A stretch of 57,621 nucleotides of DNA, taken from positions 1-57,621 of the forward strand of contig JBHGNT010000184.1 of the NCBI GenBank assembly GCA_043228905.1, written 5' to 3'. Of the stretch, positions 23,201-36,887 are shown piece by piece; positions within the stretch are counted from its first letter, which is position 1; each line of letters opens with the position of its first letter. This DNA comes from Azolla caroliniana (taxonomy: Eukaryota > Plantae > Polypodiophyta). The notes below the pieces were generated by a model. It did no database searches, was not told the DNA's origin, and saw only the letters and a list, made by a program, of their open reading frames with translations. The position numbers and the translations under genes were made by a program.

Positions 23201-26200
23201 TCATCATATGGATTCTAACTAGTGACGTTTTATCATACAGGCTCTTGAGCAGTTTGCAGCAGCAAGGCCTCCTGGAATATATAAGCAACATTATATTGAG
23301 TCACTTTTTACTTTCTACAATGAGAGAAGACCTGAATCAGTTATAGCACCATCTACCCCTGAATGGAAGCGTGTTGACTTGAATGGTGATGCAAATGCAG
23401 ATGATGATGATGGTGAAAATGATGGAGAAATTTTGGCTGCCCTCCAGGTGAGTTGTGCGACAAATGTATTAACTGGTGTACCCTCTGTGGTTAAATTTTA
23501 GTTTATATTAGTTAGGTTCTACTTTTTTGCATTAGAAGGTCCAGGTATGTATGAATTAATAGGCACGGTTTATGTGTTCAAATGTTCACAGTTAATAAGA
23601 AAGGGACACATTTTGCAGATGTTTCGTTAGCATTCACTGAGCATGTTTGAATATCAAACACTTGGATCCATTTATAATGGAAACTTGGCTTGCATTTGCA
23701 GACTGTGAATGAAGAAACCATGACAAATGATGATGTACTCGGAGATGCCATCCCAGACATGCAACAACTTGAGATGCAAAAGATGTGTATATATGGTTTG
23801 CATATCAATACGGTATGGACAAAAGTTGACTGTTTTTTGCACGATGAATATTCTTGCCTCTCAATCCTAAATGACTGTGACCATTTTGGATGTTTAGATC
23901 TTTATATACGAGTTTGCTTACGTAGGGATCAGTCCCGTACTGTTGATTTGGATTGATTTTCTAGAATCTAGCTTAAAGGTATTATTTTATGTTGGAGTTT
24001 GATTGTCCAAGTAGTAAGGATAATAAGTTGAGTTACTGTCATGAGATATCTTGTAAGCCCTGAATAGCACCAGGGTATATGTGTTGATTGATTCTCCAAA
24101 CTGAGACCTGTTTATCTAATGGGAGTTTAAGTTTTATCCTGAATATCTTCCAACTCTTCTGGCTCAATTTAATAGACATGCATTTGGTAGAACTCCCCCT
24201 CAATATGTTTGTGGAAAAATGCTTTAAAACTATGACAAAAGCTCAATGTTCTAATGGTATATATCTGTTTATCTAATGGAAGCTTAAGTTCCTGCTCAAT
24301 TTAATAGTGTCATGCATTTGGTATAATTCCCCCTCAACAGGTGTGTGGAAAGATGCTTAAATTTTTGGCAAAAAGCACAATGTTCGATTTTGTTTCCTAG
24401 AAGTGGTTTTGCAAAGTCTGTTTATGATAGTTTTCTGCCATTTATTCATTTCTCTTCTTCTTCATGCCATGCTCTCAATGTCCTGTCCCCTATGTTGACC
24501 CATCTATTGCCCCATGTTTCACTCATGTTGTCAGCATATCATCATCATGTAATGTAGTCTATCTATTGTATATGTAATATTTCTGTCTCCAAAAACGAAG
24601 AATTCCTATCTTAATTGGAATGGAGAAATGTAGTAGTAATCTTCTAATTTCCCTGGTGTAGTCATAGTGGATACTCTTGGCAATGACCATTTTATATGCC
24701 GTGTTTTGTGCTTTCGTCAGGATTTTTGTACAGATAATATACAACCATGATCTTGTAATGAAAAAGGGAAGAATTGCCATTTACCATGATATATTGTATT
24801 CTGTCCTTGCAACTTGCGTATTTATTTGTGTTTTAATTGTATACTTTGGTTGGTTCATTGTTTTGATTAAATGCTTATGTTCATACTTAACTGGAAATAT
24901 GGTTGAATGTTATGATAAATGAAGGTTGAAAGACATCTATTTGCTGATAGTTTAAGGGCAGAGTGAGTCCTTTTGGGGAGCTAATTGTAAAGCTTCTTAT
25001 TTATCTCTTGCATTTCTGAGTATTTGAGGTCATTTCAACATCCGTGCTGGTTTCTTTAGCCTTTTTATCTGACATTTGTATCATACATCAGATGATGGTT
25101 GCAAATTTGGTTTCATTTTGCCTTTTGCAGATGTTAACGTTCTGTCTAATTAACATTTTAGGCAGGTTAAACTCAATTTGGACCTTCTATGTAGATTTTA
25201 CTTAATCGATGCTGGAACATAATTTTACTATTTTTATGACGTAGGCAGCCTCCAAGCCATGGATACTATCAGTTTCCTGGATCACAGCCTGTGCTGGTTT
25301 CTTTAGCCTTTTTATCTGACATTTGTATCATACATCAGATGATGGTTGCAAATTTGGTTTCATTTTGCCTTTTGCAGATGTTAACGTTCTGTCTAATTAA
25401 CATTTTAGGCAGGTTAAACTCAATTTGGACCTTCTATGTAGATTTTACTTAATCGATGCTGGAACATAATTTTACTATTTTTATGACGTAGGCAGCCTCC
25501 AAGCCATGGATACTATCAGTTTCCTGGATCACAGCCTGTATCACTCAGCAGGCATGTAATTAACCATGTTTCACATTTGAATAATTCAACAAATATAGAT
25601 AATAAATGTGAATGTAATGAATTTGAGTAGGATAGGATACTGGCTTTTGAGTATCTCAAAGGCTGCTCATGAGCTTCCAAAATATGCTAGCATATTTGAC
25701 TTTGTTTCTTCATGCTTCTGGTTTTGCAGTGTAAATCTTCAACTGCTGAGACAAAGATACTATTATGCAACATGGAAAGCAGATGGTACACGTTACATGA
25801 TGTTTATTACTCGTGAAGGTTGTTACCTAATAGACAGAAAGTTTCACTTTCGGAGAGTTCAGATGCGGTTTCCTGTTAAAGTATGTATACACAACCATCT
25901 ATAACTTTATAGTCTATATTTTTCATGGTCATCTTTGCCAACCTAATCAACTAAGTGTAATGTTTTGTCTGCATATGCTGTGCCAAAAGAATGCTCTTTC
26001 AGAGACACACCATATGACATTATTGGATGGTGAGATGGTCATTGATGTAGTTCCTGAAACACAACAGCGAACTAGAAGATACCTGATATATGATATTATG
26101 ATGCTGAATCAGGAGTCTCTTGTGCAGGTAAATGTTCTGTTCTTCATATAATGGCATCGTATTTTGCGATATGGATGTAGATTTTTAAGAGTGCTTTAGT

Positions 26201-28586
26201 CTTCATTACAGTCAAAATCTCAGGATTTGGCTGAACTGTCTTATATTGGCTCTTTTTTTATGCAAATCTTGAAGTTGACTGCCTCACAGTTTCCACAATG
26301 TAGAGACTGTGCTCGCTCAAGTGCTGATCGAGTCTCAGTTATACATCTTCCACAAATGTATTATGCTGTATATTGTTGCAAAAGACAACAACATAACACA
26401 AATTGAATTAACTTTTCTCACAATATATTTTACATATCGTATGAAGAAAAATTGCATATGTTTATCATCTCAAACGGTTTATTAGCTTCTGAATGTGGCA
26501 ATGAAAAAATATTCCAAGCCCCTATCATGGTGTGATAATATAAGAGCACAATGAAAAAATCAAAAGCATTGTTGGAAAGAGGAAAACCCTCAATCCCAGA
26601 TCTGGACCACTTAATGAAACTTCAAAGAAAGTGATGACAAGTATTATTTTCAATATATAAATCTAGTGGTTTTAAGAGTTCATTTGATTAAAACTCTACC
26701 GTTTTCAATGTTGTGAATCAGCATCCTTTTCATGAAAGGTGGAAAAGAATAAAAACAGATGTTGTGGATCCTCGTGTTCAAGATGTGTGCACTAATTCTT
26801 GGTACTGTTACGATATGGAGCCATTTAAGGTTAGTTTAAGGTATATGCTTTTCTTTATTTAATAAACAATATGTGAGTATATGATGTCTGTGAGTATCTT
26901 ATGCCAGGTTAGAAGGAAAGACTTTTGGATGCTGCCTACAACTGAAAAGCTGCTCCATAAATTTATTAAAAAATTATCACATGAAGCTGATGGTCTCATT
27001 TTTCAGGTACAGAAATGTGACGAAAGTGGATAAAAATTAAGAAATTAAAGAGCTCCTATGATATAATATAGAATGGATTTAGATTCAGACGTGGGAAGCA
27101 TCTGTGAGTTTTTCAGCACTACCTGATTCAGGGATGATGTGATAACTACATGTATTTTTCCAAAATTTGTGAAAATATCTTACTTCCACTGTAATGCATG
27201 TTGAATGTGAAATAGTTTCTTATCTCATTGTGAGCTGAAACCTATATTTTATGCATCATTTCTATACATCAAATTTACTAGACCTCTTCTTAAAATAGAG
27301 AATGGCTATATTATTGAAGAATATCTCACTAGGCAGCATATGAGAATTTACTATATTTTTCTCCTTAAAATAATAAACTAACATCCAAATAGAGAATGGC
27401 TATATTATTGAAGAATATCTCACTAGGCAGCATATGAGAATTTACTATATTTTTCTCCTTAAAATAATAAACTAACATCCAAATAGAGAATGGCTATATT
27501 ATTGAAGAATATCTCACTAGGCAGCATATGAGAATGGCACAAGGTCAGCACACGATATGACCTATTATTGACATTCAACATGGTAACAGACACGAAGCTA
27601 TAACTTTGGCTGAATTTTCAGTTAATGGCATGTTGTGGATGGGTTTGTTCTGGTTTATTATTAGTGACGAACCAACTACTAACCTTTCTGACAGGGCTGG
27701 GATGATCCATATATTACCCGTACAAATGAATCACTGCTGAAATGGAAGTATGCCCATATGAACTCTGTGGACTTCAAATTCCAGGTACATCTCCAAATGA
27801 TTAAATTTCCATGTTGAAACATATCGATAGCAATATACTAATGGCATTTTCTGAGCATATTCTTAGGTTTCTCCAGATGGGAGCTCTCAACTGTTCCTTA
27901 TTGACAGAAATAAACAGTGGCCTCTGGAAGGTGCATCGGTAGTTTTTCCAAGTAAACATTTCTTCTGGATCTAGACTTTGGCTCATGTTTTTTAAGGGAA
28001 AAACTCTGAAATACCCCTGAAATTTCATGATTTCCTCAAATGCTGGTTTAGATGAATTAACTGTAAAATGACTCAAATAGCATGTATGATTGCTCAACAG
28101 GGGGTTTATTGACAGCATTTGGGAATGGTGATGAAAACCTCGGGACATTTAGGGAAATAAAGAAAAATTGTGTATTTCAGAGTCTCTCTTTTTCCTAGAG
28201 TTGATTTTGAGCTTGCTGTTTGAGAAAATAGATGAAACATCTTTGTTTGATCAGATGGAGAAGATCCCAATGATTATTCTGGGAAGATAATCGAATGCTC
28301 CTGGCTTCCTGAAGAAAAGAAATGGGAATACATGCGTGTTCGAACCGATAAAGATACCCCGAATGCTGTTAGAACCTACCGGAAGGTCAGTTATAAAAAT
28401 GCGGAGTCTTGATATTAATGACCAAACATTATAATGAGAATATCTGCTGTGTAGGTGATGGAGAGCATTAACGACAACATTACTGAAGATGTTTTACTTA
28501 ATGAGATAAATGAGATATTGCATCTCCCCATGTATAAAGAGAGGATTATTCAGGAGCAACGGAAGATGGGGCAAAGGAAGGAATAA
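20252..28586 (+). CDS. RNGTT: mRNA capping enzyme (RNA 5'-triphosphatase + guanylyltransferase), 16 exons: 20252-20366, 21569-21720, ~21799-21882, ~21963-22026, ~22109-22249, 23241-23447, 23702-23812, 25496-25551, 25730-25880, ~25990-26127, 26722-26829, 26908-27006, 27695-27784, ~27868-27952, 28255-28386, 28456-28586
   Basis: Spliced motifs GWIECP..IPSKVPL, VDLTNTTRYY, phosphatase P-loop VHCTHGFNRTG, ARPPGIYK, FPGSQPVSL, motif I TWKADGTRYM, TLLDGEMV, ADGLIF, LLKWK...NSVDF, IIEC, RVRTDKDTPN. Stop TAA at 28584-28586. Confidence 0.95.
25044..25537 (+). repeat. Perfect 2 x 247 bp tandem duplication covering an intron end and most of exon 8
   Basis: 25044-25290 equals 25291-25537 by eye. Confidence 0.95.
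27293..27535 (+). repeat. Intronic 94-bp tandem repeat, ~2.6 identical copies
   Basis: AAATAGAGAATGGCTATATTATTGAAG... starts at 27293, 27387 and 27481. Confidence 0.95.
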
Positions 28587-29249
28587 AAAATGCATTGTGC
28601 CAAAGTTTAGCTTTGGGTTATAATCCTAAATGGGAAAGGAACATGCCTTGGGTTGTCTTCGGAGGCTGTACATGTACGTGTTGAGTTCCCTTTTGCAAAA
28701 GGATCATATGTATCATCACTCTGATGTTGGCACAGAAATGAATGCACTATTTTGAGATGTGCTCATTCATGTTGGTTGTATGCTCTTATTATTATGCAAA
28801 GCCAAAAAAGGATGAAGCATAATGGTCAAATATGTATCTCGGTGTATAGTGACCATGATATTATAATTGCACACGACAGAATTCTTTCTCTGTGGGGTGT
28901 CTTTCAGCATTTCTTGGTCGTGTTGTCTTCTGTTCTCAGTTTTGTTATAGAATGTTCCTTTGGAGCAGAATTCAGTCTACACATACAGACATGGATGTAT
29001 TCATTCAGATACATCCATATACATATATCCATATTAACATCTAGACTTTAAATGACTTGTTTACACTAATTGAGTAACATTTTTGGCTTGAACTTGAACT
29101 TGAACAATGGTTTTGCAATTGGGCTGACACTTGTAGTAACTTGAATTTGTGGTACCATTCATGTGAAATTTCCTAATTGCAAGATAGCACCATTAAACTC
29201 GTTGCACTGCACAACTACTTGCTCAATGTGGTTCCGGCTTCGGCTTCGG

Positions 29250-30450
29250 CTTCATATAGCTAGCTCACCCGTGTGTTCACTCTAGTCTGTTTGATGTTGC
29301 GGCGGATGGCTCCTTATCCATACTCCCCCTCAAGCTTGGCTGGTCCATGACCAAGAGATCGAGGTTTGTTGTGAATTGTCGTAGCTTGTCAGCTCCTAGG
29401 GCCTTGTGAAGATGTCGGCCATTTGCAGTTTCGTGCTGTGTGTTGTAGGCCGACGTCTCCTGCCATGACATGTTCTCGGATGTAATGATAGTGCACCTCA
29501 ATGTGCTTAGTTTGAGCATGGAAAGTCGGCCTTGGTCAAATCAGCCTCTTCTTCCACGACCTTCTCCTCTTCCTTGGTCAAATCAAAGTGATTTTGTTCG
29601 AATGGAGATCAGTGGGAGGATTTTCCCTAGTGAGGACGATGAACCTTATTGCACCGAACCGAGGTGCTAAGCCACCGAGGTATATCTGCAACATTTCATC
29701 ATTGTCGATGTTGACGTTGATGGACCCGAGGGCATCACACGACTCCTTGAGCTTTAAGGTATAGTTGTCGATTGACATGTCCCTCTATTGAATACTGATA
29801 AACTCTTGACGAAGTTGAAGCTTGCATGTAGCCATGTTGGCCGTGAAAATGTTGTTGAGGTTCCCCCACACCTCCTTTAGCGTTTTGGCCTCTTGGATGT
29901 AGCCGAGCATGTGATCATGAATGCATGATGCAAGGCAGTGCAACACACGACTCACCGCTCACTCCCAAGCAAGGTAGTTGGCATGTGTTGGGTTGGGTTC
30001 TGTTTCTTGTACTCCCAAGATGCAAGGCTATTTCTATCAAGTTTCTCGGTGGGAAGAGCGCTTCCCATCTAAGTATTCATGATAATCGATTTGTATGGAG
30101 TGAGTTTTCATCTTCTTCTTCTCTTGATACGAGCTGTGTAGATTGCTTCAACAATGATCAACTGGTTCTTCGTGAATGTAGGCAAAGACACCACACACGT
30201 GGTTAGGCTTGGATCAAGCTACCAAGCGCTCTACCATGTAAAAAATCAGAAATGATTCTATGTGGCGAAATGTATTTGTATGTGTGTGTGTGCAGTCGAG
30301 GGGGAAAACACAATGTATATCTAACACAAGAAAACTGTATATTAACAAGAATAAGATAATCAACCTTACAAGAGGAGGAGAGATGTGCTTATGTCACCTT
30401 CTCTATACAACCACCACTTACAAAAGAGAGGTGGAGACTTAACTACACTA
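29250..30450 (-). mobile_element. Internally deleted Ty1/Copia element (LTR, gag fragment fused directly to the RNase H C-terminus, PPT)
   Basis: Minus strand: gag UBN2-like KLQLRQE...MSIDNYTLKLKESCDALGSI; then IEVHYHYIREHV / KALGADKLRQF; PPT TGAGGGGGAG at ~29323-29332; decayed PBS at ~30222-30236 next to an LTR-like region. Confidence 0.8.
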
Positions 30451-30554
30451 AACATGTGTCGTAGAACTTTAAGGTTCTATGACACACTAGTTACTATATT
30501 AGGAGGTGAAGTGTTCACACTTGAGTATGCTAGGGTGTGTTCCCACACTAGGGA

Positions 30555-32091
30555 AGTTGAGTTTGATTCTCAACAAGAAGTTTATATGATCTTAAGCAAT
30601 CACTTTGAAAATTGTATAAAAAATTTGATGCTTTTATGAGGTTCCAAAGTTATGCTAGGAGTAATGAAGACTCATGCGTACATACGAAGAAATATATAGA
30701 TGACTCATATGTGATTTTGATACTCTATGTAGGTGACATGGTCATCGTCGGAAAGAACAAATATGAGTTGTCCAAACTAAAGGAAAGTCTAAGTCAAACC
30801 TTCGATATGAAAAATTTAGGAAATGTTAAACATATCCTTGGAATGCGTATTACTCGGGATAGGAGTAATGGATGTATTTATTTGTTTCAATCTGAATATG
30901 TATGCAAAATACTCAAGAGGTTTAATATGGAGAGTGCAAAACCTTGGAGCACTCCATTATCTATGCATGTGAAATTGAGCAAAGATGAATGCCCCAAATT
31001 TGATAATGAACAAGAGTTCATGAGTAAAATTCCTTACCAGTTTGTTGTTGGTTGTGTTATGTGCGCTATGATAGCGACTAGGCCAGACATTGCATTTGCA
31101 GTGGGAGTTATGAGCAGATTTTTGTCAAACCCTGGTAAGAAACATTGGGAGGCATATAAAATGATATTAAGATATCTGAGTGGCACCAAGAATAAGTGTC
31201 TATGTTTAGGTGGCGGAAATGTATCCATTACTGGATATACAAACCTTGATTATGCTGGTTGTTCTGATAGCAGAAAGTCTACTTCGGGGTATATTTTTCA
31301 GTTTATGGGAGGTGCCATACCTTGGAGATCTCGTCTCCAAGAGTGTACTGCTCTGTCCACTACAAAAGCAGAGTATGTTGTAGCTAGTGAAGCATGTAAA
31401 GAAGTTGTATAACTGTCCAGATTAGCTTGTGACATGGGCATACCTAAACTTGTACCCATATTGTTTTGTGATAGTCAAAGTGCCATTACATGGGCGAAAA
31501 ACCCAGTATACCATGCAAAGAACCAAGCACATTGGAGTGTGATATCATTTCATCCGAGAATGCATAACTGCTGGCTACATCAGTCTTGAGAAAGTTGTCT
31601 CTCAAGAAAATGCGGCATATGCATTGATTAAAGCTCTATCGCGTGATGCATTGGAGCATTGCTGTCACTTGATGGGAATTACTTAGCTCTGCAAGTGACA
31701 CACTTATTGTATATTGTGTAACATATTCATCAAGTAGGATGTGTAGATCTTGGGCAATCTTCCCGTCAGCTTTGTTGATCCCTTGTTTGGCCTTTAGTGG
31801 GAGATTGATAGATAGTGAGAAAGGCCAAAAAGGTAATTATTAGTATTTATCACTAGGTATATAAGCTAATAAAACGACCTGTTTTTTTTGTGTGTGTGCC
31901 CGCCAAACAATATTTTGCGATTGCCTTTTTCTGTGTGCTGTTCATCGTTTTCTCTGCAGAAAAACAGCAAGTTGTCCGTTGCTCCTTGCTTTCCACACCA
32001 GAGTGGTAGAGTTTAGCCATACCTGTTGTATGAGACACCCAAGATGTCTTTTGTACAGACAATAGATTTGTGGTTGAGATTCAGGTTGACA
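30555..32091 (+). mobile_element. Ty1/Copia 3' half: RT-RNase H pseudogene, PPT and 3' LTR
   Basis: LILYVGDMVI (YVDD degraded), FDMKNLG, TRPDIAFAVG, GYTNLDYAG..SRKSTSGY, ALSTTKAEY; stop at 31410-31412; PPT AGTGGGAGAT at ~31796-31805 followed by a TG-starting LTR (3' end approximate). Confidence 0.9.
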
Positions 32092-32489
32092 ATGTCACCG
32101 GGTATGGGCTCAAGTAGTCCTTGAATGCTCATAAGATGATTCAGGGGGACGAGATGGTGAGGAATTCAATGCTGGTAAACGATCGAAAAGGGACAGTTTT
32201 ATTATGTTTGTGGCCAATTCCTGAAAGTAGTTGGGGTTTATGACAAAGTAGTGGTTCTGTTGGGGATAAGTTTTAGGAGAACATCATGCCAAATTGGGCC
32301 CCAATTGTAAGAGCACAATCCTGATTATCAGATAAATCAATGCACACACACACACACACACACAAACACACATACCCATACAATGATTCTCCATTACGAC
32401 TGTAGCGACAGAGGAAGACCGTTTTTGGATGACTATTTAGTGCTAAATCCAGATGGTAGGTATGGCTGATCTCAATACAGATACATACA

Positions 32490-32522
<33 letters not shown>

Positions 32523-32605
32523 GTATGTATGTATATATATCATATGCATATCTGGAGATTTATCATACACGTTCTACGTAGAATTAGGGTTAGGTTACAT
32601 TCCAA

Positions 32606-35405
32606 ATGTTTCCCTACGTCAATAACCTTCCCCTTCTCCATGACCTCCTTAGCCTTGGTGTGGCAGCTATGGTGGCTTATTTGATCTATTTCTTCATCCC
32701 TGCCTTGTATTCATACACAAAGTTTGGTCGGTTGTCTAGGTCTCCATTGATGGAAAACAATAATAAATGGCATCAAGTTGAAAACCATGAGATGGATGAC
32801 GTGACTAGTTATGAAAGCAATGAGAAGAAGAAACAGAGTAAGGTAGATGATCATCTTCCTCCTGGGAGCCTTGGTTTACCATGGATTGGAGAGAGTCTTC
32901 AGTTTGCTCTGTTCAATAGTTGCCCTATAGGCACCCCTTCTCCTTTCCTCTCCTCAAGGTTACAAAGGTACAATAATAAACCCACTGAGACCAGTGGTTT
33001 CTTTCACATGGTTTGGTTTCAGATTAGGCTGAAAACAGTAGACTTTATTCATTGCTCTTTAGATGGAAAATACATGGCAAGTTGTATTATGTATACATGA
33101 TTGTGAAATGTAATGCATGGAAAATGAATGCATGCATATACTCACTTCCCTATGAAGTCAGAAACAAATACTTGTCATTGTTGGCCAATTTTAGATGATT
33201 CAAAAAATTCCATCTACAATGCGGTTCGATAAAGTATCTGATTTGCCTGTCATAATCCTGAAAGTTCCAGGGAAGATCAGAGTCCATCAATTCTTCCCAT
33301 TTTATATGTATTTCTCAAACTGTAGGAAAGAATTCATGCCTGAATAAATTGATGATGGCAGATATGGGCAAGTGTTCAAGACACACTTGATGGGTAGACC
33401 AACAGTGGTGTCCATGGACCCGGGCCTCAACAAATACCTACTCTTGAACGAAGAAACGCTCGTTCGTGTCTACTTCCCGATATTCATTACAAAGATAGTG
33501 GGGCCCAACCTGACGGTGCACGGGGCACGTCACAAACGCCTGCGGGAGATTGCGGCATCTCCATTGGGAGTGGGCCCAGCCGCGATTCAACATCATCATT
33601 GGGTGGCCATCCAAGAGCAGGCCCTCTCTATATTTGGTTCATGGGGCCAAGGGAAGTTCGAGATCGATGCCCAACATGAGGCCAAGAAGGTAGATCATAT
33701 ATGTATGTTAAATTTTGAGGGAATCATGATCTCAACTCTCCCCCTTTCATTGTGTTCTATCATATGATTCTTCATGGGTTCTAGTACAGTCCTCTTTTAA
33801 TCACTCTTTGTCTCTCTCTTTTTTGTGGCCACCAACCAGTTCACTTTCAGCCACATTATGAAGCACATCATGGGTGTGGAAGTCACACATGACACTACCA
33901 TTAAGAAACTCATGGACGACTTTTCGCTCCTTAAGAAAGGATACTCCGCGATTCCGCTAGATTTTCCGGGAACCACTTATCACGAAGTTCTCAAGGTAAG
34001 TAAAGAATAACTTCTAAACAGTAGCCAATTTATATGTATGTGCCACCTTATATGGAGTCTTGATGCATGTTCCCGAGAAGTCATCGAAGTGGCGTATGTT
34101 TGACAATGCATATGTGCATACTCAAAGTGTACATGTGATCGTTGACCCGTTTCTTAAATATAGGCTCGGGATAGGATCATTGATCACTTTCGTGAAATAT
34201 TACAAGAAAGAAGACGCTATGTCGGACCACCACGTAACGCGGATTTCTTGGACACTGTAATCGAGACAACTGATGAATGTGGAAGGGCTTTCAGTGATTA
34301 CGACATTTTGGAATTCCTCTTCTACCTCGTCTTCGGTGGTTTCGAAACTACCTGCATCTTTCTCACAAACCTACTCAAATTCCTCTCGGAGAGTCCACAT
34401 GTTGTTGACGAGCTCCGGGTGAGCTTGTTCTCTTCATATCTCCCAGTGTCTTCTACTCATAGGTGTATGTGGGTAATCCTTATGCAAAAGAATTAATTGT
34501 GTCCTTATATATGCAGAGAGAACACTTGGGCATTCTAGAGGGTAAAAAGGTCGGGGAGCTTTTGGCATGGGATGATTACAAGCGGATGCACTTCACGGAT
34601 TCGGTAAGACCATGTAAAATGCAAGTCTTCGATGGTTGTATCGTTAGTCGTTGATAGAGGCTAAAGCACTCCATTCATGTGAATCATAGGTAATCAAGGA
34701 GGCATTACGGCTAGCGAGTGTAGCACACTATGTAACACGAGAAACACTCCAAGATATTCAATTTCAAGGTAAAAATTTTCAGCTGTTTTGGATGTTCCTG
34801 CATTTTGCTTTCATTGGGATGCAGGTGTTAAAAATAAGAATTTGCAATAGATATGGTCATTCCAAAGGGATGGATGGTGTTGCTCAGTTTCTCTATGGTG
34901 CATCTCAATCCCAAGTACTACCCCAACCCCCTCAAGTTTGATCCATGGCGATGGAAGGTGAAGTACAAACCTAGACAGACCTTACATGTTGAATATATCA
35001 AGATTGAATTTCGTCACATGGACACATCACAATTTTTCTCGACAATATCCTCATGTCTCTCAATGATGTGATTTGGCTCAGGATGTTGCCAATAACAGTC
35101 CTCAATTGTTAATGCCTTTTGGCGGAGGAATTCGAGGCTGCATTGGTAACGCATTGGCCAAATGTGAAGCTTCAGTGTTCTTACATTACTTTGTGACGCG
35201 TTACAGGTAAGTAATGAAGAAGAAATTCTGTACCTAAAGTTACCCATGTCTTGAATTCAATTTCGTGGTGTCCTACTTTCTCTTGTCTTCAAATTGCAGA
35301 TGGGAACGAATAGGTAAGAAAGATGGAGAACTTGATGTGGTGTCTGGACTCACGCTTCCCACACTTCGGAATGGCCTACGAATGACAGTGGAAGCTACCT
35401 CTTAA
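32606..35405 (+). CDS. Cytochrome P450, CYP85 clan (CYP90/720/724/763-like), copy A. 9 exons: 32606-32967, 33362-33689, 33840-33995, 34164-34418, 34517-34603, 34690-34768, 34851-34957, 35082-35206, 35300-35405.
   Basis: TM anchor, LPPGSLGLPWIGESLQF, YGQVFKTHLMGRPTVVSMD, I-helix VFGGFETT, EALR, FDPWRW, heme motif PFGGGIRGCIG. Junctions are GT-AG and in frame. Confidence 0.93.
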
Positions 35406-36853
35406 GAATTTTTGTTTCTAGCATGTTCAACATGCTTGTGTACCCTTTGAAAGTTAAGGCCGTAATTTGTTAAAAAGAACAATAAATTTTAATCCATCTG
35501 TTTTGATCCAATAACTGAACAACAATTCGATATGGATACATTGCGTCTATCATTACAATTCACAATCAAACAATCAAGGTTATGATCTCGTATAGGCAAT
35601 CTAATGACAATGAGAAAGATCAATCAAGGTTACTTTGTATATGCCTAATGTCAATGAGAAATTTGATAATAACCTCAATGAAGGTCTACATCTATGTTGA
35701 AATATCTAAGTCAATTCAATATCACTGCCAAATCATGCCGATTCAACTGGCATAATGATCTAACTAAATTAATGACTGAGACCACAAAATTTGTTCCATT
35801 GACTATAGAAAGAGATGTTGAATTCATCATAAAACACATTTATTGAATATTAAATTAGTGATAGTTAAGGACAATGCTGATTTATTTCATAGGGGAAGAC
35901 AACAATGGATCTTATATATATGTACTGATAGTTATGTCGTCCATGCATCAAATTTGTAAATGTTTCTCTTTGTTGTTGTTGACACTACTAGACCCTCCGA
36001 GTTAAATTTTGGTTGATATCTCAATTATTAGACGTCACAATGGAATTTTGAACCCGCCAAAATAGTTATTGCGCAATCTTTAATATAAACTCACTTGAGC
36101 CACTACCTTGTGTAGATTCATCCATCCAGATTGCCTTAATTGGATCGGATCTTGGATTTGGTGGGCTTGCAGGACATTGTCCGTGCACTTGTTTTGCAAG
36201 TCAAATTATAAACAAGGTTCCTTTTCTTTTGGTTGATTTCTAAAGTGTACGGGGTTTGGGCACATCCAACCTGTAGCATGAGCATCTTTCCGATATGATA
36301 CCTTTTACCTAATGATGTAACAGAGCCCGAAGATCTACAAACCAAACCAAACCATATTTGACATCAATTATATCCATGTAACGTTCTCACCTTAAAGTTC
36401 TTTTAATCCACAATCGAGACATTTACTCAATCAATTCATGATATCTAATGATTATATATTTTTTATGAATAAGCTAAAGCTATATAATACCTTAGCTGAG
36501 ACAATGGCCATGGCCATTCTCAGTTTTTACATTGAATTCTCCAATATATAACAACAGTAAATGGGGGAGGCCTCACGCTCCCATTCTTGAATCCACAAAT
36601 TAGATTGCCTGCTGCAAAAAAGTGAGAAATGTAGACAAATCCTCAGTCCACGACGAATTAGTTAATAAGATAAAATCGCCAAAATCTGCACATAAGTTAG
36701 GCTTTGGATTGCCATCTTCATTAAAAGTTTTCCTCTATAATCCACCCTAAAGAGTTGGTGATTCGCAAACGACATGCTTATTACTTTTGCATAGTATTGT
36801 TTGGCCATAGTATCTACTATTGAAAATAATTGCATTGAGGATAAGTTAGATTC

Positions 36854-36887
<34 letters not shown>

